Assembly (NCBI GenBank): GCA_021848165.1
Contig: JAJZMW010000160.1
Span: 1 to 42,050, forward strand
Length of the DNA: 42,050 nucleotides
Source of the DNA: Thermoplasmata archaeon
Lineage (GTDB): Archaea > Thermoplasmatota > Thermoplasmata > Lutacidiplasmatales > UBA184
Direction of reading: 5' to 3'
The notes below the pieces were generated by a model. It was not told the origin of the DNA and searched no databases. It saw nothing but the letters and a program-made list of their open reading frames with translations. This document shows positions 34,965 through 42,050 of the stretch, piece after piece (position 1 is the stretch's first letter; every line of letters starts with the position of its first letter). Both the position numbers and the translations under genes were made by a program.

Positions 34965-35000
34965 CGAACGCGGAGCGCTCCCCCCTACAAACCGATGCGC

Positions 35001-35345
35001 CTACCGTCCCCCCGCGGCGGAGGCGCTCGCCGCGGAGATGAGCGCGTCGATATCCGCCGCTCCGAGACCGCGGAACTGTCGCCCGTCGCGGCGCCAGACG
35101 AGATGCCCGTCGCGGAAGAGCGCGACGGTCGGGACGACCTCGATCCGGAAGGTCTCCCACAAGAGGCTCTCCTCCGAGGTCAGGTCGACGATCGCGGTCG
35201 AGAACGGATGGCGGCCCTCAATGGCCTCGAACTCGGGGCGGAACGCTCGGCAGAACGGGCACCAGTCGGCGAGGAAGGCGACAGCCCACAGACCCGACCG
35301 CTGGACGCGGTCCTGCGCGAAGTCTTCGTCGGTCCAGCGCTCCAT
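35001..35345 (-). CDS. thioredoxin-family protein
   Basis: WCPFC active site in a 114-aa thioredoxin-fold-sized protein. The start is placed at the MERWTD ATG. The remainder of the 460-aa ORF is Arg/Pro/Gly junk. Confidence 0.8.
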   Translation of the reverse strand: MERWTDEDFAQDRVQRSGLWAVAFLADWCPFCRAFRPEFEAIEGRHPFSTAIVDLTSEESLLWETFRIEVVPTVALFRDGHLVWRRDGRQFRGLGAADIDALISAASASAAGGR

Positions 35346-35371
35346 CGGCGGACCCACTCGGAGCCAGGGTA

Positions 35372-36214
35372 TCAGTTTGACCGGGAGGCCGGTCGAGGCC
35401 GGGGGGCGGTCCCTCCTCGGTCGGTGAGGAACCCGGCGATCTCGCGGGCGGGGGTGCGATCGAATCGCGCGGGGAGGGGACGGGGCAGGCGCGCGAAGGG
35501 AACCCGCTTGGAGCGACCGGCGGCCACGAGGAACGGAACCCCCGCGCGACGCGCCTCCCGGGCGAGCGCTCGCGTGCCCACCTTGTGCACCAGCGAACCG
35601 TCCGCGAGGATGGCGTCCGCGCCGACCAGCACCGCGTCGCTCGCTCGCACGGCACTCCGTCGCTCCCGGTCCGGCACCCATCGGGCCGCGATCCCTTCGC
35701 GAGCCCATCGAGCCGCGAGCCGGCGCCCCTCGCCCCCGGGCCGGCTTTCGAGACACGTTACGGTTCCCCGCCATCCGGCAGCGTGGGCCGCGATCAGGCC
35801 GTCCTCCACCATGCGGCTTCGGCTCATGGTGACGAGGGAACGGTACCGGCCGGCGCGTCGCCGCACTGCGGCGGCGACGCGGCCCGGCTCTTCGCGCGTG
35901 CGTTCCACCCAACGGCCCAGCGCCGCCCGGAGGGCGCGGACCCGGACGGGACGGCGCCGCGAGGCACGGCGGAGGCGACGCGCCCACGTCAGGAACGGAC
36001 CCATCGCAGGTTGGGCTCGTTCGAGCTCGGCCGCCCATCGGCCGAGCGCTCGCGGAGCCTGCGGGTCGTTCGGGCGCAACCGATTGACGCGGATGCGGAT
36101 CGATTGGATCGCTTCGAGGGAGAGCTCGTGAGCCCCGCGTCGACGGTCCCGCGCGACCGTCCGGAGGATCGACCGCTCCCGAGACGTCGCCGACTCCGGC
36201 ACGCCCACGTCCAT
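35372..36214 (-). CDS. eIF-2B alpha/beta/delta-like (IF-2B family) protein, short form
   Basis: VTMSRSRMVEDGL....VTCLESRPGGEG..LA......GI......D......ASDAVLVGADAILADGSLVHKVGT is the IF-2B / ribose-1,5-bisphosphate-isomerase family core. Start placed at the MDVGV ATG (36214). Confidence 0.7.
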   Translation of the reverse strand: MDVGVPESATSRERSILRTVARDRRRGAHELSLEAIQSIRIRVNRLRPNDPQAPRALGRWAAELERAQPAMGPFLTWARRLRRASRRRPVRVRALRAALGRWVERTREEPGRVAAAVRRRAGRYRSLVTMSRSRMVEDGLIAAHAAGWRGTVTCLESRPGGEGRRLAARWAREGIAARWVPDRERRSAVRASDAVLVGADAILADGSLVHKVGTRALAREARRAGVPFLVAAGRSKRVPFARLPRPLPARFDRTPAREIAGFLTDRGGTAPRPRPASRSN

Positions 36215-36310
36215 GGCCCCCGAAAGACCCAAGTCGATTTGAGTGCGAAGCCGTTCCGGAGGGCGAGTACCGTGGCGATCCATCCCCCCCTCCGGCGCCG
36301 GAGCCAAAGC

Positions 36311-37414
36311 GTGTTCCCCGGCCCGATCCGGGGGAAGGTCGTCTGGCACGAGTTCGCCTCCCGGCGGTTGGAGGGGAACCCATGGGGGGACCCCTCCGTT
36401 CGGGAGCTCCCGGTCTACCTCCCCCCTTCGGGTCGAACGGAGGGAGCCCCGCTCCTGGTCCTGCTCTCGGGATACACGGGCAGCGGCTCGCTCCACTTCC
36501 AGCGGCCTCGATTCCTCAACGAGAGCCACGCGCAGCACCTCGATCGACTGATCCGGTCCGGGGCGATGGCGGAAGCCGTGATGGTCGCTCCCGACGGGAG
36601 GACCGCGCTCGGCGGGAGCCAATACGTCAACTCCTCGGCGACCGGGGCCTACGACGACTACGTGACGCGGGAGATCGTCCCGTGGGTCCGCGAGACGTAC
36701 CGCACCGGCCCGGTCGCGGTGCTCGGGACGTCGAGCGGGGGCTTCGGCGCGCTGAGCCTCGCGCTCCGGCACCCGGAGGTCTATCGCGCCGCGGCCTCGG
36801 ATTCGGGCGACATGTACTTCGAGTATGGGTACCTGCCCGAGTTCCCGATCGCCTTTCGCGCGATCCGGCGGGCCGGTGGCCCCGAGCGGCTCTTGCGGCG
36901 GCTCTTCTCGGGCCCGGTCGAGGGGTTCGGCCCCCGGGCCCCCGAGGCGACGGGGCTCGAAATGATGGCCTACGCTTCGTGCTACTCCCCCATGGACCGG
37001 GCCCCGGGGACGTTCGAGCTTCCGTTCGACCTCGCCACCGGTGCGCTCGTGGAGCGGGTCTGGCGTCGGTGGCTCGAGCACGACCCGGTCCGCATGATCC
37101 AGCGGGCCCCGTATCGATCGGCGCTGCGTCGCCTCCGCTACGTCTACGTCGATGGGGGATCGAACGACGAGTGGTTCCTCGAGGTCGGGGCTCGGATCTT
37201 CGCGGCGACCGCGCGCCGCCTCGGGGTCGAGATCGACCACCGGGAGTACCCCGGGGGCCACTTCGATGTCGCGACCCGCTACGAAACGATCTTCCCCCGG
37301 CTCGCCGAAGCGCTCGGGTTCCGCGCGCCCCGGCCGCGCCGCCCTAAAACCGGCCCTCGCCGTGGTCGACCCAGCCGGCGACGACCTCGTCCTCGAACCA
37401 CGCGAGGGCGATGA
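36311..37414 (+). CDS. putative esterase (esterase D / enterochelin-esterase-like family)
   Basis: LPVYLPP...PLLVLLSGYTGSG, nucleophile elbow GTSSGG, C-terminal GGHF. GTG at 36311; an alternative GTG lies about 40 nt upstream. The Arg/Pro-rich last ~25 aa overlap the convergent gene. Confidence 0.7.
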   Translation: MFPGPIRGKVVWHEFASRRLEGNPWGDPSVRELPVYLPPSGRTEGAPLLVLLSGYTGSGSLHFQRPRFLNESHAQHLDRLIRSGAMAEAVMVAPDGRTALGGSQYVNSSATGAYDDYVTREIVPWVRETYRTGPVAVLGTSSGGFGALSLALRHPEVYRAAASDSGDMYFEYGYLPEFPIAFRAIRRAGGPERLLRRLFSGPVEGFGPRAPEATGLEMMAYASCYSPMDRAPGTFELPFDLATGALVERVWRRWLEHDPVRMIQRAPYRSALRRLRYVYVDGGSNDEWFLEVGARIFAATARRLGVEIDHREYPGGHFDVATRYETIFPRLAEALGFRAPRPRRPKTGPRRGRPSRRRPRPRTTRGR

Positions 37415-37940
37415 AATACCACGCGAGCGCGAGCGCGTAGACCAGGACCTCGGGTTCGGGGGGGGCCTTCTCCACTTCGATGATCGCGCCGTCGAGCCGT
37501 TCCCCTTCTCGGACGGGCTCCAGGTGCGCCACCTCGGTGCCGCCGCTCTCGGAGATGCTCCAGGCGGGAACCGATACCCCCGCGCGGGCGAGGATCCACG
37601 AGATCCCGGTCGGGAGCGCGATCGCGTGGCGCGAGTGGACCCCCTCGAAGAAGCTCGTGAGGCCGCCCCGAACCTCCCGCTCGCCCTCCCGGAGGAGGGC
37701 GATCCGGGGGCTCAGGAATCCTTGCCGTTCGAGGCGATAGACGCCGTCCGCGGTCTCGAGGCGGGCGAGGCGGCGCCGCTCGGGATCCCACGAGAGCGTG
37801 GCGATCGCTTCCTCGCCGGAACGGAGAGAGTACCCGGTCGGAGCTTCGGGGTCCCGGATCCAGCGGAGCGCCGACAGGTCGACCTTGCCGAGAGGCACGA
37901 GCGCCATCGAGCCGGCACGCGACGGCGAGGGTATAACCAT
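37344..37940 (-). CDS. hypothetical protein, beta-rich with a C-terminal hydrophobic helix
   Basis: ORF with normal composition from MVIPSPS (ATG 37940; alternative ATG 37907). C-terminal hydrophobic helix VLVYALALAWYFIALAWF. No recognised family. Confidence 0.5.
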   Translation of the reverse strand: MVIPSPSRAGSMALVPLGKVDLSALRWIRDPEAPTGYSLRSGEEAIATLSWDPERRRLARLETADGVYRLERQGFLSPRIALLREGEREVRGGLTSFFEGVHSRHAIALPTGISWILARAGVSVPAWSISESGGTEVAHLEPVREGERLDGAIIEVEKAPPEPEVLVYALALAWYFIALAWFEDEVVAGWVDHGEGRF

Positions 37941-37970
37941 CGCGGGCGCTTCCAACGTTCGGAGGGCCGT

Positions 37971-38219
37971 GTGGTCGCGCGCGAGAACGCCTTCGTGATC
38001 GGCGGGCTCGTGATGATCGCGCTGGCGGCGGCGCTGGTCGCTGGCTTGGTCTGGGCGAATGCGGGAGGGGCGGCGTTCGGCGGCTACCTGGCCAGCCTGC
38101 TCTCCGGTGGGTTCGGGGCGTTCTTCGTCTACGTCGGACGGGCCGAGGCGCACGAGCGCCGGGCGCAGCTGCGGCAGCTCGCGGAGGAGCCGACGCTCCC
38201 GGCCGACCCACCCCGCTGA
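37971..38219 (+). CDS. small membrane protein (82 aa, two TM helices)
   Basis: GTG start preceded by GGAGGG. Hydrophobic stretches FVIGGLVMIALAAALVAGLVW and YLASLLSGGFGAFFVYV. Third codon positions are almost all G/C. Confidence 0.5.
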   Translation: MVARENAFVIGGLVMIALAAALVAGLVWANAGGAAFGGYLASLLSGGFGAFFVYVGRAEAHERRAQLRQLAEEPTLPADPPR

Positions 38220-38273
38220 CCTCGTCCCTCGCTCGCAAAGGCTTTTCAGCCCGCTTTGGCGTCGGCCTTTCGT

Positions 38274-38381
38274 GGCCGGGATGGGGTAGCTTGGCCTATC
38301 CTGGGGGACTGTGGATCCCTCGACCCGGGTTCAAAGAGGCGCGGGGCCGACCCCCTCGCCCTGAGACTCTCGGTCCCGGCC
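38274..38381 (+). tRNA. tRNA-His (anticodon GTG) with encoded G-1 and a ~32-nt insertion (putative intron, ~38336-38367) in the T-loop
   Basis: Folded by hand. G-1 is at 38274. Acceptor GCCGGGA (38275-81) pairs with TCCCGGC (38374-80), and the discriminator is C. The anticodon stem GGGGA/TCCCT carries the loop CTGTGGA. The T-stem CCGGG (38325-29) pairs with CTCGG (38369-73). The T-loop TTCAAA|T is interrupted by GAGGCGCGGGGCCGACCCCCTCGCCCTGAGAC. No CCA is encoded. Confidence 0.7.
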
Positions 38382-39299
38382 CTACCGGCGGCGCTGCCGG
38401 GCGGGCGCCGCGCGTTGGGATCGCCCCGGCCGGGAGGGTTTCCGCACCCGCTTTTGAGCGGCCGATCGCCCGGGGCGCGTGGCGGGAGGGGTGCGTCGCT
38501 CCCACCGCACGAGAACCTCGGGAAGTTCCGCGAGGGAGTAATCCGCCCAGGCCGCTCCCCATTTGCGCAGGTCCTCCGGCGTCAAGGTCCACCCGAGGAA
38601 CGAACTGGCCCGTCCGAGGGCCGTCACCCCCGGGACGGCTTGGACCGCTTCCATGTCGAAGCGCGAATCGCCGACCAAGAACATGCGCGCGTTCGGATAC
38701 CGTCGGCGATACTCGATCAGGTGCTCCCGCTTGGTCCCGTCGCGGGAGCCGAGGACCGACTCGAACCAGAACCGGAGTCCCTCGCGCTCCAGCAAGAGCT
38801 CGGCCATCTCGGTCTCGGCGCCGGTCGAGACGACGAGGGTCCATCCCTCCGTGGAGAGCCGGTGGAGCATTTTCGGGACGTCCGGGAACGGTTCGGCGTG
38901 GGCGTACGCCTCGGTGACCTTGCGTTGATGAAAGATCCGCGCGGTCCCCTCCCGGAGCGCGCGGGGGGCCTCGGGGTAGAGCTGGGCGAGCTGCGCTTCG
39001 AACGGGAGGCCGGTCGTCGCAAGGTAGTGGACCCGCCCCTCGTCCGGCGCGGTCCCGAAGGCGCGATGCATCACGTCCCCGGCGACGTCGCTGATCCAGC
39101 GAAGGTCGTCCAGCAGCGTGCCATCGACGTCGAACACGACGACGCCCCGGGCGACCTCCTGCGGCTCCGGGGGAGGAGCGGTCGTCGTCGTGGGCGTGGA
39201 ACGGGAGGTCGAGAAGTACGGGCTCGCCGGCTCGCCGGCGATCGGGAGCTCCCCGTCCGACGGCTCGGTCGTCTCGGGTTGGCGTCGGCCGGAGTCCAT
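38382..39299 (-). CDS. HAD-superfamily hydrolase with a disordered N-terminus and a basic C-terminal tail
   Basis: Motif I VFDVDGTL, motif II VVSTG, and motif IV VGDSRFD. The N-terminal ~50 aa are Pro/Thr/Ser-rich. The stop codon abuts the 3' end of the tRNA-His gene on the other strand. Confidence 0.75.
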   Translation of the reverse strand: MDSGRRQPETTEPSDGELPIAGEPASPYFSTSRSTPTTTTAPPPEPQEVARGVVVFDVDGTLLDDLRWISDVAGDVMHRAFGTAPDEGRVHYLATTGLPFEAQLAQLYPEAPRALREGTARIFHQRKVTEAYAHAEPFPDVPKMLHRLSTEGWTLVVSTGAETEMAELLLEREGLRFWFESVLGSRDGTKREHLIEYRRRYPNARMFLVGDSRFDMEAVQAVPGVTALGRASSFLGWTLTPEDLRKWGAAWADYSLAELPEVLVRWERRTPPATRPGRSAAQKRVRKPSRPGRSQRAAPARQRRR

Positions 39300-39384
39300 C
39301 GCTCGGGCGTGGCGCCGCCCGCCATATGACGGTTCCCCCTTGGGTTATGAGGGGGGCCCGGTTCCCCCTCGCGAGCGCGCCGGT

Positions 39385-40692
39385 ATGCATCCGAGCCGAG
39401 TGATCCGAGGGCGGACGAGCCAGCTGCTGAGCGGCCGTCGGATCGTGGTGGGGATCGCGGGATCGATCGCGGCGGTCGAGGTCCCGCGCATCGTGCGGGA
39501 GCTCCTCCGGCACGGCGCCGAGGTCCGCGCGGTGATGAGCGGCGAAGCGCAGCGCATCCTCACGCCGGAAGCGATCCAGTTCGCGACCGGACAGCCGCCG
39601 ATCACGCACCTGACGGGCGACGTCGAGCACGTTTCGCTCCTGGGGCCGGGCGGCGGCCAGGCGGACCTGCTCTTGATCGCTCCGGCGACCGCGAACACGA
39701 TCGCCAAGATCGCGCACGGGATCGACGACACCCCCGTCACGAGCTTTGCGTCGATGGCCCTGGGCGGCGGGGTCCCGATCTTGCTGGCGCCCGCGATGCA
39801 TGCGCACATGCGGCAGAATCCCGCGATCCGCGACGCGCTCGCGACGCTCGAGCGGTGGGGGGTCGGGATCGTCGCGTCGCAGTCCGCCGAGGGAGAGGAG
39901 AAGCTCGCGAGCCCCGAGGAGATCGCGGCCGCCGTACTGCACGCGCTCGCGCGGAGCCCGTACCGGGGCCGCAGCGTGGTGGTGATCGGGGGGGCGGCCC
40001 GCGAGCCGGTCGACCGGGTCCGGGCGCTGTCGAACGAGAGCAGCGGCGCCACGGCCGTGGCGCTCGCCCAGCACGCGTACTTCCGGGGAGGGACGGTCGA
40101 GCTCTGGCTCGGCCATCACTCGGTCCCGGTGCCGAGCTATCTCCCCTCGCGCGGATGGAGAAGCGTGGACGACCTCCTTCGCCTCGCGGCGGACCAGCGC
40201 GGGCTCCTCGCCTCCGCGGCCTTGGTCATCGTCCCGGCGGCTCTGGCCGACTATACGGTCGTCGCCCGGCCGGGCAAGATCTCCTCGCGCGACCATCCCG
40301 CCCTGACGCTCCGGCTGCGCCGGGCCGAGAAGGTGCTCCCGCGGCTTCGGGAGTTCGCGCCCCCCCCGGTCCGCTTGGTCGGGTTCAAACTCGAGGCGGA
40401 GACGACGCCCGAGGCGCTCGAAGCTTCCGCGCGGCGCCTCGCGGGCGAGGCCGGCCTCGACTGGGTCGTCGCCGACGACGCCGCCACGATGGGAAGCCCG
40501 GAGATCCACGCGCTGGTCCTCCCCCCCCGCGGCGGTCGCCATTGGCTGCACGGCTCGAAGTTCGACGTCGCCGGCAAGTTGCTCGACGACATCGGGCTCG
40601 ACATCGCCCAGCAGCGCACCCCGCGCCCCGGCGCCTCGGGGCCGGCCCCCCGCCGTCGGACGGCGGCGACCCGTCCCCGCCGTCGCCGTTAA
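39385..40692 (+). CDS. coaBC: bifunctional phosphopantothenoylcysteine decarboxylase / phosphopantothenate--cysteine ligase
   Basis: N-terminal flavoprotein domain (IVVGIAGSIAAVE, APATANTIAK.A.GI.D) and a C-terminal DFP ligase domain (SNESSG....LA; AALADY). Confidence 0.85.
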   Translation: MHPSRVIRGRTSQLLSGRRIVVGIAGSIAAVEVPRIVRELLRHGAEVRAVMSGEAQRILTPEAIQFATGQPPITHLTGDVEHVSLLGPGGGQADLLLIAPATANTIAKIAHGIDDTPVTSFASMALGGGVPILLAPAMHAHMRQNPAIRDALATLERWGVGIVASQSAEGEEKLASPEEIAAAVLHALARSPYRGRSVVVIGGAAREPVDRVRALSNESSGATAVALAQHAYFRGGTVELWLGHHSVPVPSYLPSRGWRSVDDLLRLAADQRGLLASAALVIVPAALADYTVVARPGKISSRDHPALTLRLRRAEKVLPRLREFAPPPVRLVGFKLEAETTPEALEASARRLAGEAGLDWVVADDAATMGSPEIHALVLPPRGGRHWLHGSKFDVAGKLLDDIGLDIAQQRTPRPGASGPAPRRRTAATRPRRRR

Positions 40693-40723
40693 GTGACGGC
40701 ACGGTTCGCTCCCGTCGAGTTCC

Positions 40724-41875
40724 ATGGTCAAGCTGGCGGAGTGGCGGGGCAAGGAGATCTTCCGAACGTACGGCGTGCCCCTCCCGACGGGGCGCGTCGC
40801 GAGATCGGCCGAGGAAGCGGCCCGGATCGTCGCCGCCCAGGAGGTTCCCCTCCCGTGCGTGATCAAGGCGCAGGTCCTTGCCGGGGGCCGAGGGAAGGGC
40901 GGGGCGGTCCGCTTCGCGTCCACGGTCGATGAGGCGCGGGCGGCGGCGCAGGCGATCCTCGCGCTCGAGTTCAAGGGGGAGAAGGTCCGCGAGGTCCTCC
41001 TCGAGAGCAAGCTCGCGATCGGGCGGGAGCTCTACGTCTCGATCACGCTGGATCGCGCGGGCCGCATCCCGATCCTGTTGACGAGCGCGCAGGGCGGTGT
41101 CGAGATCGAGTCGGTCCCGGACGACGCCATCGTCCGGCAGCCGATCCATCCGTTCGTCGGCCTGACGGGATACGAGAAGCGGCGGGCCGCGGGGTCGCTC
41201 GGCGTCACCGGCGCGGTGGCCCGATCGCTCGGCGGGCTCTTGGACTCGTTGTGGAAGGCGTTCAACGAGGAGGACGCCGAACTGGTCGAGATCAATCCCC
41301 TCGCCGTGGTCGGCGACGGCGTGGTCGCCCTCGACGCGAAGGTGATCATCGAGGACGACGCCGCGTTCCGTCACCCCGAGTTCGCCGAGGTGCGCGACGA
41401 TCGCACGCCGCTCGAAGAGATCGCCCGGGAGAAGGAGATCGCGTTCGTCCAGCTGGACGGGAACATCGGCGTCATCGCGAACGGCGCCGGTTTGACGATG
41501 GCGACCTTGGACGTGTTGCAGCAGTTCGGGGGACGGCCCGGGGTCTTCCTCGACCTGGGCGGGACCGACGACCCGGCGAAGGTGACCGAGGCGTTCCTCT
41601 TGATGGCCCAAGCGCGGCCCAAGGCGGTCTTCCTGAACATCTTCGGGGGCGTCACGCGCTGCGATACGGTCGCGAAAGGTCTGGTCGAGGCGCTCGGGAA
41701 GGTCCCCACCTCGGAGCGATTCCCCTTGGTGGCCCGGATCCGCGGGAACAACGAGGCGGAGGGGATCGCGATCCTCCGATCGGCGGGCGTCGTCTCCAAC
41801 CCGGACCTCAAGGCGTCGGCGGAGGCCGTCGTGGCCGCGGCCGGTGGGCCCTCGCCCCCCGGGGGTGCCGCATGA
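40724..41875 (+). CDS. sucC: succinate--CoA ligase (ADP-forming) beta subunit
   Basis: [41 protein letters not shown] and NIFGG..RCD. Confidence 0.9.
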   Translation: MVKLAEWRGKEIFRTYGVPLPTGRVARSAEEAARIVAAQEVPLPCVIKAQVLAGGRGKGGAVRFASTVDEARAAAQAILALEFKGEKVREVLLESKLAIGRELYVSITLDRAGRIPILLTSAQGGVEIESVPDDAIVRQPIHPFVGLTGYEKRRAAGSLGVTGAVARSLGGLLDSLWKAFNEEDAELVEINPLAVVGDGVVALDAKVIIEDDAAFRHPEFAEVRDDRTPLEEIAREKEIAFVQLDGNIGVIANGAGLTMATLDVLQQFGGRPGVFLDLGGTDDPAKVTEAFLLMAQARPKAVFLNIFGGVTRCDTVAKGLVEALGKVPTSERFPLVARIRGNNEAEGIAILRSAGVVSNPDLKASAEAVVAAAGGPSPPGGAA

Positions 41876-42050
41876 GCGTTCTCATCGACCGGGAGACCAA
41901 GGTCGTGGTCCAAGGGATCACCGGCCACCAGGGGACCGTCCACGCGCGGCAGATGGCGGCGTTCGGAACCGCCGTCGTGGCGGGCGTCACCCCCGGGAAG
42001 GCTGGCACCTCGGTCGAGGGGGTCCCCGTCTTCGACAGCGTCGAGGACGC
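41872..42050 (+). CDS. sucD: succinate--CoA ligase alpha subunit, 3' end truncated by the window edge
   Basis: [46 protein letters not shown] overlap with the sucC stop. Confidence 0.9.
   Translation, partial: MSVLIDRETKVVVQGITGHQGTVHARQMAAFGTAVVAGVTPGKAGTSVEGVPVFDSVED

Noticed and set aside
35585-36310. 5' half of the 609-aa plus-strand ORF (35585-37414) and the 5' part of the 629-aa minus ORF (36215-37261)
   Set aside because: Each is antisense to a gene with clear homology: the eIF-2B-like gene on the minus strand and the esterase on the plus strand. Only the 3' portions of each ORF show family motifs, and the rest is low-complexity.
38220-39400. Integrated mobile element at the tRNA-His gene (a common integration target)
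   Set aside because: No integrase, transposase or direct repeat of the tRNA 3' end is visible on either side. The flanking genes are a small membrane protein and a HAD hydrolase.
38296-41010. 904-aa minus-strand ORF spanning the tRNA-His, HAD, coaBC and sucC regions
   Set aside because: The sequence is Arg/Pro/Gly-rich nonsense. It runs out of frame through the HAD gene and antisense to coaBC and sucC, all three of which have unambiguous family motifs in their own frames.

Overview
This is a very GC-rich archaeal chromosomal segment. Archaeal signature genes are present throughout: LSm/SmAP, a CTP-dependent riboflavin kinase fused to a wHTH domain (RbkR-type, which suggests but does not prove a Thermoplasmatota-like lineage), a RaSEA-like radical SAM enzyme, TiaS, aEF-1beta, AglB/STT3, the thiolase+DUF35 pair and a two-subunit 2-oxoacid:ferredoxin oxidoreductase. 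Coding density is high, and many genes are translationally coupled by ATGA/GTGA overlaps. Most of the window is housekeeping: citrate synthase, succinyl-CoA synthetase, OFOR plus ferredoxin, a leu/homocitrate-type 2-oxoacid elongation cluster, NadE, HisRS and CoaBC. I found no CRISPR array, rRNA, IS element, integrase or prophage genes. The many long Arg/Pro/Gly-rich ORFs in the six-frame track are shadow ORFs of the kind expected in GC-rich DNA. The most unusual locus is 19.6-27.1 kb. It holds a 2188-aa protein whose N-terminal part is an AglB/STT3 oligosaccharyltransferase (WWDYG present). This is fused to about 1300 aa of charge-poor, N-glycosylation-sequon-dense beta-sandwich repeats that end in a second membrane anchor. 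A second sequon-dense secreted, anchored protein is translationally coupled to it. Other notable items: a tRNA-His gene apparently interrupted by a ~32-nt insertion in the T-loop; an archaeal homologue of the eukaryotic CDIN1/C15orf41 TPD-motif PD-(D/E)XK nuclease; a six-gene coupled operon joining 2-oxoacid elongation enzymes to thiolase/DUF35 without an HMG-CoA synthase; a 57-aa four-CxxC zinc-ribbon gene missing from the ORF track; and a G8 homopolymer at a methyltransferase/hydrolase junction where the hydrolase has no canonical start codon.
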